Origin: Deltaproteobacteria bacterium
GTDB lineage: Bacteria; Desulfobacterota; Syntrophobacteria; BM002
DNA: 64,000 bases
Reading direction: 5' to 3'
NCBI GenBank assembly: GCA_019309045.1
Contig: JAFDGZ010000006.1
Span: forward strand, 2,066-66,065
Below the pieces are notes generated by a model. That model worked only from the letters and a program-made list of their open reading frames with translations, had not been told where the DNA came from and made no database searches. The position numbers were made by a program, and so were the translations under genes. Of this stretch, positions 1 to 8,218 are shown in pieces; the first letter of the stretch is position 1, and each line of letters opens with the position of its first letter.

Positions 1-512
1 ATGTGATCCATACCGCCGGGTGCAGAACCGCCGGCAAAAGTCACCGACTTGGGGTCCGCCTTCAATGCCTTGACCAGATCAGCAAGCGTCTTGAACTTTG
101 AGTCGGCCCGTACCACATAGCCTCCGAATTCGCTTGCCACCTGTGCCAGCGGCGTAATGTCATCGTAGGTGTAGGGAGTTCTCTTGATGGCCATGCTGAA
201 GGTGAGCGCATTCGAGGCTGCTACCAGCAAATTGTTGTCTCCCCGCCGTTTCTTTACCACATAGGCAATGGCAACTGAACCGCTGCCCCCTGGCATATTG
301 GCAACATAGGCCGGCTGTTTGATCAAGGCTGTCTTTTGCAGCACTCGGGCTGATGTTCGACAAATAGTATCCCAACCGCCTCCTGGATTGGCAGGGGCGA
401 TAAATTCAATGGCCTCTTTGGGCTCCCAGGCAACAGCGAGTGATGCTTGCACTGCCACCAAAAAGCCGATCAACACCGCCACAAACACTGTCAGCAAGGC
501 AACTCGTTTCAT
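1..512 (-). CDS. Bug/TctC-family tripartite tricarboxylate transporter substrate-binding protein (N-terminal ~170 aa; gene runs off the left edge)
   Basis: Own minus-strand translation from ATG at 510-512 gives MKRVALLTVFVAVLIGFLVAVQASLA (signal peptide), then EFIAPANPGGGWDTICR and NMPGGSGSVAIAY. AGGAGG RBS at about 519-524. Absent from the ORF track because no stop lies inside the window. Confidence 0.7.
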   Translation of the reverse strand, partial: MKRVALLTVFVAVLIGFLVAVQASLAVAWEPKEAIEFIAPANPGGGWDTICRTSARVLQKTALIKQPAYVANMPGGSGSVAIAYVVKKRRGDNNLLVAASNALTFSMAIKRTPYTYDDITPLAQVASEFGGYVVRADSKFKTLADLVKALKADPKSVTFAGGSAPGGMDH

Positions 513-638
513 TTGAAACCTCCTTTCATTCTCAGGTGATGTTTCCTTTACTTCCCTGAACTCCTGCACACGCCACCTTATTACCTCAAGGCGAGGCGAC
601 CACGAGCTCTCCTCGCACCATTTCCACACCACACTCTC

Positions 639-1838
639 TCAGGGCGAAGATACCACCGAACCGTTGACTTTCATACGGTTGATTTCTTCTTCCGATATTC
701 CCAGGGACCTGAGTAAATCCAGGCTTCCCTGCCCCACATCCGGAGGATCGCTGCGCAGACCAAAATCGTATTTGCCTATGCGCAGAGGTATCTTAGGAAG
801 TTTGGCTGTCCTGCCGCCAGGAAGATTTGTCTGCAGCAGGCCGCCACTCTCATTGAGGTGTGGATCATCGAAGAGTTCTTCAGGCCTGGCCACGGGTGCA
901 AAGGGTATTGCAGCTTTCTCGCACATTTGCAAGATTTGTTCATGGTCCATGCCGTTGAACAGCTCCTGCAGTTTGGCGATCAGCATTTGCCTCTGGGCAA
1001 TTCTGTCGTTGTTGGTGGCAAGACTCTCATCATTTTTCAATGAATAGAGTTGAAAGGTCTCACAGAACCGCCTCCACTGTTCATCACTGGTAATGCCCAC
1101 AAATACCTCTTTACCGTCTCTGGACTGAAAGCGATCGTAAACCGCCCAGGAGCTCACTCTCTCAGGCATGGGCGAAGCTGGCTCACCTGTCACTGCTGCA
1201 TAAGCCATATGCTGACCCATGAGAAATGCAGTAGCTTCATAAAGAGAGGCGATAATGAACTGGCCTCGTCCGGTCTTCTCTCTTTCGTAAAGTGCTGTGA
1301 GAATTCCAACCACCCCGTAAGTCCCACCTAGAATATCGGTTACTGAAGCGCCCACCCGAAACGGCCGACCTCCAGGGCCGGTCATATAAGCGAGGCCACT
1401 CATCATTTGCACGACTTCATCGAGAGCAGGGCGATTTTCATAGGGCCCGGGCATGAACCCTTTGAGTGAGCAGTAGATTATGCGGCTGTTGATCTGGGCT
1501 ACCTCTCTGTAGCTGAATCCCAGGCGGTCAACAGCCCCAGGACCAAAGTTTTCGATCAAGACGTCGGAGTGAGCAATCAGTTTTCTCAGGACTTTCTTGC
1601 CGCTGTCTGCTTTGAGATCCAGTGCCAGGCTCTTTTTGTTGCGATTCAAGAACGGGAAAAAACCTCGGCCGAAACCAGTAAGCCTCCGAGTGTTGTCACC
1701 ATTCGGGGCCCTTTCTATCTTGATTACTTCAGCCCCCATATCTGCCAGGATCAAGCCGCAGGTTGGCCCCATAACCGTATGTCCCAGTTCCAGCACGCGT
1801 ATTCCCTCCAGGGGCAGCGCCTTTTGCTCTCGCTTCAT
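639..1838 (-). CDS. Family III CoA-transferase (CaiB/BaiF/formyl-CoA transferase-like)
   Basis: ORF 639..1868. N-terminus PLEGIRVLELGHTVMGPTCGLILADMGAEVIKIERAPNGDNTR is typical of family III CoA-transferases. The track start is TTG at 1868; the in-frame ATG at 1838 (MKREQKALPLEG) is preferred. Confidence 0.85.
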   Translation of the reverse strand: MKREQKALPLEGIRVLELGHTVMGPTCGLILADMGAEVIKIERAPNGDNTRRLTGFGRGFFPFLNRNKKSLALDLKADSGKKVLRKLIAHSDVLIENFGPGAVDRLGFSYREVAQINSRIIYCSLKGFMPGPYENRPALDEVVQMMSGLAYMTGPGGRPFRVGASVTDILGGTYGVVGILTALYEREKTGRGQFIIASLYEATAFLMGQHMAYAAVTGEPASPMPERVSSWAVYDRFQSRDGKEVFVGITSDEQWRRFCETFQLYSLKNDESLATNNDRIAQRQMLIAKLQELFNGMDHEQILQMCEKAAIPFAPVARPEELFDDPHLNESGGLLQTNLPGGRTAKLPKIPLRIGKYDFGLRSDPPDVGQGSLDLLRSLGISEEEINRMKVNGSVVSSP

Positions 1839-1916
1839 GTTACAGTTTCTCTCCTTCCATTTGCCCAAAGGGCCTCCAGGAGCCCAGTTCCCTTTTACAG
1901 CAGCCAGAGCATCAAT

Positions 1917-2699
1917 TTATGGTTTGTACCCCAGTTGGCCAGACAACTGCTGGGCAGCTTTCTTCAGGAGCGCCAGGCTCGTTGCACACTGATTGGCGGA
2001 GAACCGTTGAATTGGCCCCGCTATGGAGAGAGCAGCGCACAGCCGTTTACCATAATCGAAGACAGGCACTGCCAGGGCCGCAACCTCAGATACTCGTTCG
2101 CCAACACTGAAGGCATACCCTCGAGTGCGGATTGTTTGCAGCTCCACGCCCAGTACTTTGGCATCAGTAATGGTATTTGGTGTGAATCTCTCCAGGGAAT
2201 CTTGCCTGAGGACTTCCTGCCTGATTTCTTCGGGTCCAAAAGCAAGCAATACTTTGCCGCTCGCCCCAGCATGGAGCGCCAGCGACTGTCCTACAATCTC
2301 GGAGGCGTAACGTACGGGATGCTGTCCTTCCTCCCGGGCAACGCATCGCCTCTGCCAACCATCCAGCACATAGAGCGCTGAGGTCTCACCTGTGCTGCAA
2401 GCCAGGGCCCGCAAGAGAGGCCTGGCCAAAGAAATCAGAGGATTATGCTTTTCATACGCCTTTGCCAGGGAAAGAACTTTACCACCCAGACTGTATTTTC
2501 CGGTTGCAGAATCATGGGTGAGATACGACTTTGACACCAGCGTACCGCACAGCCGGATGATCCTGCTCTTGTTCAGTCCAGTGAGGGTGCTGATCTCTTT
2601 GAGCGTCAATGAAGCATGGGTTTCGAGACACTCCATGATAGTCAGCGCCTTGACCACAGCTGCAATGTGTCTCTCGGACTCTTTCATTGCCTGTTTCAC
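1917..2699 (-). CDS. IclR-family transcriptional regulator
   Basis: N-terminal winged HTH (LTLKEISTLTGLNKSRIIRLCGTLVSKSYL) plus a C-terminal IclR effector-domain pattern. GTG start at 2699, with an alternative ATG at 2687. Lies 4 nt downstream of the lyase gene stop. Confidence 0.85.
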   Translation of the reverse strand: MKQAMKESERHIAAVVKALTIMECLETHASLTLKEISTLTGLNKSRIIRLCGTLVSKSYLTHDSATGKYSLGGKVLSLAKAYEKHNPLISLARPLLRALACSTGETSALYVLDGWQRRCVAREEGQHPVRYASEIVGQSLALHAGASGKVLLAFGPEEIRQEVLRQDSLERFTPNTITDAKVLGVELQTIRTRGYAFSVGERVSEVAALAVPVFDYGKRLCAALSIAGPIQRFSANQCATSLALLKKAAQQLSGQLGYKP

Positions 2700-2702
2700 T
2701 CG

Positions 2703-3605
2703 TCAGCAGATTTTCTGCATTTTCCTGAGCACCCGGCTCATATGCCCGGCAAGGGGTCTGGCTAACATCTCTTCCAGCAGTTCGCTGAGTCGGCAGATTC
2801 TCTGCAAATCCACCCCTGTGGGAACGCCTGCAGCTTCAAACATATGCACTGCATCTTCAGTAGGCACATTACCGCCAGCCCCATCCACGAAAGGGCAGCC
2901 ACCCAGGCCGCCAACACAGACGTCGAAGAGGCGTATGCCTTCTTCATAGGCAGCCAGAGTGTTTACCAGGCCCAGTCCTCTGGTGTTGTGCAAATGCAGT
3001 GAAATGGTTATCTCAGGAAACTCACCCTGTATCCTGCGCAGCAAGCTTCGAATCTGCCTGGGGCCAGCCATTCCCGTGGTGTCGGCCAGGTTTATCTCGC
3101 TGGCTCCGGAAGCGGCCAGATACTCTGCAGTGGCCAGCACCGTGTCCTCAGAAATCTCGCCCTCATAGACGCAGCCGAAAGCGCACTGTATTCCCGCCCT
3201 CACGCTCAGGCCGGTTTCCCTTGCTTCTCTGATGAGAGCCGTCATTTCTGCCAGTGCAGTCTTCGCTGGCCGGCCAACATTTTTCCTGCTGTGGCTGTCG
3301 CTGGCAGACACTGACATGCTCAGGTGCGCCAGACCACACTTTTGCGCTCTCTCTAGACCTTTTGCATTCAGTACGAGTGCCGTCAGCACCACATCTTCAG
3401 GGACGTTAGTCAACACCCTGACCAGTTCGTCAGTGTTCGCCATTTGCGGCACGAGTCTAGGATGAACGAATGAGCCAACCTGGATTCTTTTTATCCCTGA
3501 ATCAACGAGTTGCCGGAAAATGCGGACTTTTTCGTCCAGCGAAAAAATGCGACTCTCGTTCTGGAGTCCGTCGCGTAGTGTTTCATCTTCTAGGGTGAGC
3601 AGCAT
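2703..3605 (-). CDS. HMG-CoA lyase-like (HMGL family) acyl-CoA lyase
   Basis: N-terminal LEDETLRDGLQNE motif, HLHNTRGLG metal-site motif and TIM-barrel HMGL-like pattern. ATG start at 3605. Confidence 0.85.
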   Translation of the reverse strand: MLLTLEDETLRDGLQNESRIFSLDEKVRIFRQLVDSGIKRIQVGSFVHPRLVPQMANTDELVRVLTNVPEDVVLTALVLNAKGLERAQKCGLAHLSMSVSASDSHSRKNVGRPAKTALAEMTALIREARETGLSVRAGIQCAFGCVYEGEISEDTVLATAEYLAASGASEINLADTTGMAGPRQIRSLLRRIQGEFPEITISLHLHNTRGLGLVNTLAAYEEGIRLFDVCVGGLGGCPFVDGAGGNVPTEDAVHMFEAAGVPTGVDLQRICRLSELLEEMLARPLAGHMSRVLRKMQKIC

Positions 3606-3636
3606 CTGGGGCCTTGTTGTAAGAAGGTTGCATAAA

Positions 3637-3663
3637 ATTCTATTAGATAGAATAATATTCTAT
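3637..3663. promoter_or_regulatory. Candidate operator: ATTCTAT-TAG-ATAGAAT palindrome plus a third ATTCTAT copy, 32-58 nt upstream of the lyase start codon
   Basis: Read directly: perfect 7-3-7 inverted repeat at 3637-3653 and a further direct heptamer at 3657-3663. A TATAAT hexamer on the minus strand lies at 3674-3679, just upstream in the direction of transcription. Confidence 0.35.
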
Positions 3664-3934
3664 CTTGGTTACCATTATAAGGCTCCGATGTCAAGTCGCA
3701 AAGCACTCTCTATAGGAGTCTGTTCAAGGGCCCCGGCCTGCCGCATCCTATCCACCCTGCATCGAGGCGACCCGGCCAAGCTGTCTTTCAGAAAAGCATC
3801 GTTGGGGTCAGTTGGCATTAGACCTTGTTATTGAGGCAATATTCTTAAATAATAGTAGAAAACAATATAAGTAAAACCCGAAAATGATGAACCGACAAGG
3901 TTGGCTTTCCCTTTATGAATCAGGAGGAAAACTC

Positions 3935-4387
3935 ATGCGTGCCACTGTTCTCGCTGTCCTGGTGAGTGTTCTGCTAGCAAGCCCCAGCTTTGCCGCTGAT
4001 GGGGTAGTAAGCCTCAGGAGCAGTTACGATGTCAAGACAACAGCTGATAGATTGGAGAAGATCCTCCAGGAGAAGGGCATGACTGTCTTCATTAGAATTG
4101 ATCATGCCAAGGCGGCAAGCAAGGTGGGCAAAGATCTTCGCCCTACAGAACTCATTATATTTGGCAACCCCAAGGTGGGCACCTCCCTGATGCTTTGCAG
4201 CCAAACAGCTGGCATCGATCTTCCTCTAAAAGCCCTGATCTGGCAGGATCAAATCGGTCAGGTGTGGCTGTCGTACAATGATCCCAATTATCTTGTCTGG
4301 CGCCATCATATGAAAGGCTGCCAGGAGGTGATAAACAAGATAACCTCCGCCTTGCAAAACTTCGCCACTGCCGCTGCCAGTCCTTGA
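3935..4387 (+). CDS. DUF302 domain-containing secreted protein
   Basis: ORF 3884..4387. GGAGG RBS precedes the ATG at 3935. Signal peptide MRATVLAVLVSVLLASPSFA. DUF302-like core (TVFIRIDHAKAA...ELIIFGNPKVGT...DLPLKALIWQD). Confidence 0.75.
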   Translation: MRATVLAVLVSVLLASPSFAADGVVSLRSSYDVKTTADRLEKILQEKGMTVFIRIDHAKAASKVGKDLRPTELIIFGNPKVGTSLMLCSQTAGIDLPLKALIWQDQIGQVWLSYNDPNYLVWRHHMKGCQEVINKITSALQNFATAAASP

Positions 4388-4412
4388 GTCTTCCAGACGA
4401 GTCCTGGCAATA

Positions 4413-5681
4413 TCAGCTGGCGAACCTCAAATCGCTGCTTGCGTCGTAAAAGACATTGGCAGGCTGCTCACCGGCCAGCACAAGGCGATAGCTGTCAACC
4501 ATTATGCCGGCGATGATCTGATTTGTCATAATGACGGAGGGCTCTGGCCGGTATATACACGACTCTCGCAACCGTCTGAATGAAGAGATCTGTCTTTCCG
4601 CAACAATCTCTTGCAGACCCAGAAGCTCAGCAGGGGTACCATCATTGCTGCCGGGGCTGTAGACAATGACCTGGCCTGCAGCCACGTTGCTGCCGCCGCT
4701 CACCAGCATCTTTCCCGTAAGCTGACACAGTTCGCTTATAACAATTCTGCTTTCAAAATTGTCCACACAGTCGAAGACCACATCAAACCCAGAGATGTCA
4801 CTGTCCCTGCTCAGATAGTCCACCACAGCTACCGCCTCTGTGGTGAACATAGAATTGAGTCGCCTGGCAAGGATTTCAGCTTTGTTGGAACCAACGCCGG
4901 CATGCAATAGCACCTGTCTGTTGAGGTTGGTTACTTCCACCACATCGGGATCAATAAAGGTAATGTGTCGAAAACCAGAAAATCCCAGGGCAAGGCCGAC
5001 AAAGTTCCCGAGCGCTCCCGCCCCTACCACACAGATCTTCTTGGTGGCACTGTCGATGACCACCTGCTTGCTCTTGTAAGAAACGACTTCACTGGGTACT
5101 GGCCATCCCAGCAAAACGTTCTTGGTATCTTCCAATGCCAGACCAGCAGCAATTATCCCCAGAATGCCGTCATGCACACATTCTCCCGGCAGCTGTCTGG
5201 CACAGACGATCTCTTCGAGCTCCTGCCACTCGCGCCCTTTCCTGTAGGTGAATACCTTGCAGCCCTGCTCATTGTTTTTCTGGTAGCAGAAGGCCCTGAC
5301 AAGTGGAACGTCATCCTGGTAGGCTCTGTTGAGCATCAGCTTGTTGGCAAGGCCAAACTGACTCAGATCAACTATTAGCTGGCAGTCACGAAAAATATCG
5401 TCCCACATGGGATGCGTGTAGAATCCCTCGACATGCGTCAATCTCAGCTTGGGATTCAGCTGACTTGCCGCGTCTGCGAGCCCCTCGTGCAACCATGGAG
5501 CAATCACCACCAGGTTACAGATGCCAAGAGCTGCAGCGGCCAGCAAGTAGTGAGAGGCGAGGTAGTCGGAATCGCCAACAACACCTATCTTGGCGCGCTC
5601 GAGAACACTCTGATTCCAACCCGGAATCCGCAGCTGTCTGTCCAGTCTATCTTCAAACATGGTTTGTCTTGCCAGCGGCAA
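4413..5681 (-). CDS. E1-like (ThiF/MoeB/HesA superfamily) adenylyltransferase with a degenerate N-terminal and a canonical C-terminal Rossmann domain
   Basis: C-terminal half has KICVVGAGALGNFVGLALGFSGFRHITFIDPDVVEVTNLNRQ and VFDCVDNFESR, the classic ThiF/E1 nucleotide-binding motifs. N-terminal half has the same fold pattern (RQLRIPGWNQSVLERAKIGVVGDSDYLASHYLLAAAALG) but GxGxxG is degenerate and there is no NLNRQ. TTG start at 5681, with an alternative ATG at 5660. Confidence 0.85.
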   Translation of the reverse strand: MPLARQTMFEDRLDRQLRIPGWNQSVLERAKIGVVGDSDYLASHYLLAAAALGICNLVVIAPWLHEGLADAASQLNPKLRLTHVEGFYTHPMWDDIFRDCQLIVDLSQFGLANKLMLNRAYQDDVPLVRAFCYQKNNEQGCKVFTYRKGREWQELEEIVCARQLPGECVHDGILGIIAAGLALEDTKNVLLGWPVPSEVVSYKSKQVVIDSATKKICVVGAGALGNFVGLALGFSGFRHITFIDPDVVEVTNLNRQVLLHAGVGSNKAEILARRLNSMFTTEAVAVVDYLSRDSDISGFDVVFDCVDNFESRIVISELCQLTGKMLVSGGSNVAAGQVIVYSPGSNDGTPAELLGLQEIVAERQISSFRRLRESCIYRPEPSVIMTNQIIAGIMVDSYRLVLAGEQPANVFYDASSDLRFAS

Positions 5682-5717
5682 AATAGATTTCCACTCCAGG
5701 GCCCACTCAAGACTATC

Positions 5718-6518
5718 CTACATCCTTTCAATTAGCTCTGGCGGTGGAGAGGTCACTGGTTTAATTTTCTCCGCTATTTCGCCAGCCAGCGCCCGCACCT
5801 CAGCAGGCGATAGATCCAGGGCGGAGTCCACAACTGTCATCTCGGCCTCCTTGCCTGCAATAGTAACCTCACCAGAAAGTATTCCTCTTTTCTTGTAATA
5901 GATCTCCTGGGAATGCCAGCCTTTGTCCCCAATAACAATACAGTAACAAAAGCTGCCGTAAATGGTCTCCAGGACCATAGCCTCTTCAACAGGCTTGTCC
6001 GTAACTAAACAGACGCTCCCCTGGCGCAAGTCCTCAACACTATAGTGATCTTTGCGCAACAGAACTAGATCCCGAATTACCAACTCTTTCTTGGCCACTG
6101 GTCGCCTTACTAGAGGACTGACATAATCCAGCACTGTGAGATGGTTCTCTCTGTCAATTTCTGAGAACATTTCATACTGCAGTTCCCCATGTGAGTGAAT
6201 CCAGCCGTTCACTATCAAATGCGATGGCAAGCTCTCCAAAAATGCTGCTATACTTTCAGGCTTCAGCTCTGTGTGATCCTGAAAATTAGCCTGATCTCGG
6301 GGCAGTCCCACATCAGTGATCACCTCCGGATTGTCTTTGCTCGCTAGAGTAAAGCCATACCATTCAAAACTGTCTTTGAAGATTTCCTTGATCAGTTCAC
6401 ACGTCCTGTAAGCCTTATTTTTTGCATAGGCGGTGATCTGCACCTTTTCAGGCAGCGAATGCAATGGCAACTCCAGAACGCTCTTCCGTTTCAATTGCGC
6501 TAGACTCTTCAGGCTCAT
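5718..6518 (-). CDS. JAB/MPN (JAMM) metallopeptidase-domain protein with a ~130-aa C-terminal extension
   Basis: JAMM signature read directly: upstream Glu ([10 protein letters not shown]), then [18 protein letters not shown] (HxH...SxxD). The ATG overlaps the stop of the upstream AAA+ gene (ATGA at 6515-6518). Confidence 0.7.
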   Translation of the reverse strand: MSLKSLAQLKRKSVLELPLHSLPEKVQITAYAKNKAYRTCELIKEIFKDSFEWYGFTLASKDNPEVITDVGLPRDQANFQDHTELKPESIAAFLESLPSHLIVNGWIHSHGELQYEMFSEIDRENHLTVLDYVSPLVRRPVAKKELVIRDLVLLRKDHYSVEDLRQGSVCLVTDKPVEEAMVLETIYGSFCYCIVIGDKGWHSQEIYYKKRGILSGEVTIAGKEAEMTVVDSALDLSPAEVRALAGEIAEKIKPVTSPPPELIERM

Positions 6519-7618
6519 GAAAGCCTCGCTTTCACGTAGCTGCCATTTACCACGAATTCTCCCTGGTGTTTACCCGGCAGCTCGTACATCTTGTCCAGCA
6601 GTACCCTGTGCAGGATGCTCGTCAAGCCTCGCGCCCCAATGCCCTCTTTGGTGGCATGCCGCGCCATTTCGGTCAAGGCCTCATCCGTAACCTTGAGCTC
6701 TATATCCCAGGCCCTCAGATCATTGCTGTAGGCTCGCAAGGGACTATCTTCACTCTTGGTAAGAATCTCTTTCAAATTCTGGGTGGTCAGAGAATTGTAG
6801 ACAACCCTCACCGGAAAGCGGGCCATGAGTTGTCTTTCCATGCCAAAAGAGACCAGGTCTTCGGTGAGGAGGTATTCTTTCCAGTCACCTTTGAGCCCGT
6901 GCTCCTCCATGCGGTTCTTGACAATATCATCGATCTTGTCATATACCCCGCCAGCAATGAACAGCACGTGTCTGGTGGACAACATCAACCTCTCTCTGCC
7001 AAGTTCGATGGTATTTTCTACGCCTTCCACCATTTTGAGGAGCCCTTTCTGTACTCCTTTGCCGGAGACATCCTTGTAAGCCGCCTGTTCAGTGGCTATC
7101 TTGTCAAGCTCATCCAGATAGACAATTCCCATCTGGGCCACTTGTGAATTGCCTCCTCCTGCTATGAGAAGATCTACCAGGATATCGCTGGTGTTTTGCC
7201 CCACATATCCTACCTCACTGAATTTGGTCATGTCCTCCACCACAAAAGGCACACCAACCAGTGCCGAGGCGGTCTCCCCGGTGTAGGTCTTGCCGCAACC
7301 AGTGGGACCTATCATCAATATGTTCGCCTTCGGCGTCCTGGTTTGCCTCAGTGCTCTGTCAATATCTTGACCATTCTCTACCATGGCCTCCTTCAGTGCG
7401 TGCCCCAGCCTGCGATAATGGTACGCAATTGCCGTAGCAATAACCCTCTTGCCCTTCTCCTGGCCAATAATGAACCTGTCCATTTCTGCTTTGAGCTCTG
7501 CCGGGGTCTTGTCAAACTCCACAATATGTTCCACCGTTTCATTGGCCTGCAGCTCCCGAAGCTTATCTATCTTTTCTTGAATCCTTCTGCGGCTTTCACG
7601 TGATATACTCTCATACAT
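6515..7618 (-). CDS. ClpX-like AAA+ ATPase (unfoldase) lacking the zinc-binding domain and the IGF loop
   Basis: Present: [23 protein letters not shown], Walker A GPTGCGKT, pore-1 GYVG, Walker [11 protein letters not shown], and GARGL. The track ORF starts at GTG 7657 with no RBS. ATG at 7618 (MYESISR) has a GAGG about 10 nt upstream and is preferred. Confidence 0.85.
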   Translation of the reverse strand: MYESISRESRRRIQEKIDKLRELQANETVEHIVEFDKTPAELKAEMDRFIIGQEKGKRVIATAIAYHYRRLGHALKEAMVENGQDIDRALRQTRTPKANILMIGPTGCGKTYTGETASALVGVPFVVEDMTKFSEVGYVGQNTSDILVDLLIAGGGNSQVAQMGIVYLDELDKIATEQAAYKDVSGKGVQKGLLKMVEGVENTIELGRERLMLSTRHVLFIAGGVYDKIDDIVKNRMEEHGLKGDWKEYLLTEDLVSFGMERQLMARFPVRVVYNSLTTQNLKEILTKSEDSPLRAYSNDLRAWDIELKVTDEALTEMARHATKEGIGARGLTSILHRVLLDKMYELPGKHQGEFVVNGSYVKARLS

Positions 7619-7777
7619 ATCAGGCAACCTCGTTTCTACTGGTTGGCCACCAGCCACTGCTGATCATAATTGCCCAAAATACTAAGGTCTTCTCCTGCTG
7701 TTGCAACTACATGGGCCCCGCTGCCGCCATCAAGACCACACCCCAGTCGGTATGACCGCCTTGATGGCTAGCGTCCT

Positions 7778-8218
7778 TCAAGCTCGCTTCGACCCGTTGG
7801 CATACTCTTTCGACAAAAGCACGCAGAAATGCAGCGATGACAGCTGGTGCTCATCGAGTCTGGCGTTCTGTTGATAAAGCCGGCAGGCAAGAAGGAGTTC
7901 TTCCGGTGAATTTGCAAATTGGACATAAGGATTATCCACTATGTCCAATATTGCTTCAGTAAGGCGATATGTTTTTTCTGACACAAGAGAAAACAATGGA
8001 AGATCCATTGACTCTTTTTCCACCGTGCTCAATTTCTCTACAGATCCGTCGTGCTCCATAGACCGTTCGAGGTCTCGGATAAATGTTTCATCGAGTCCGT
8101 ACTTTTCCACAACTGCGCTTACCCTGGAAAATGGCGTTCTGCGAAACACCTGCTTCTGCCTTTTGCGGGCCCTTGTGCTGATAATTCCTTGCAAAAGGTG
8201 TTTCTCAGAGGTACTCAT
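7778..8218 (-). CDS. Hypothetical 146-aa protein (predicted mostly helical, basic N-terminus), member of the Ubl-like operon
   Basis: ORF with ATG at 8218 preceded by GAGGTGGA. Overlaps the upstream gene by 14 nt. I recognised no family motif. Confidence 0.55.
   Translation of the reverse strand: MSTSEKHLLQGIISTRARKRQKQVFRRTPFSRVSAVVEKYGLDETFIRDLERSMEHDGSVEKLSTVEKESMDLPLFSLVSEKTYRLTEAILDIVDNPYVQFANSPEELLLACRLYQQNARLDEHQLSSLHFCVLLSKEYANGSKRA

Noticed and set aside
1569-2381. 270-aa plus-strand ORF overlapping the CoA-transferase and IclR genes
   Set aside because: It is antisense to two genes with clear family motifs. Its composition is Ser/Pro/Leu/Gln-rich, it has no RBS and no recognisable domain, so I treat it as a shadow ORF.
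6566-7147. 193-aa plus-strand ORF inside the ClpX-like gene
   Set aside because: It is antisense to a gene with complete AAA+ motifs. I treat it as a shadow ORF.
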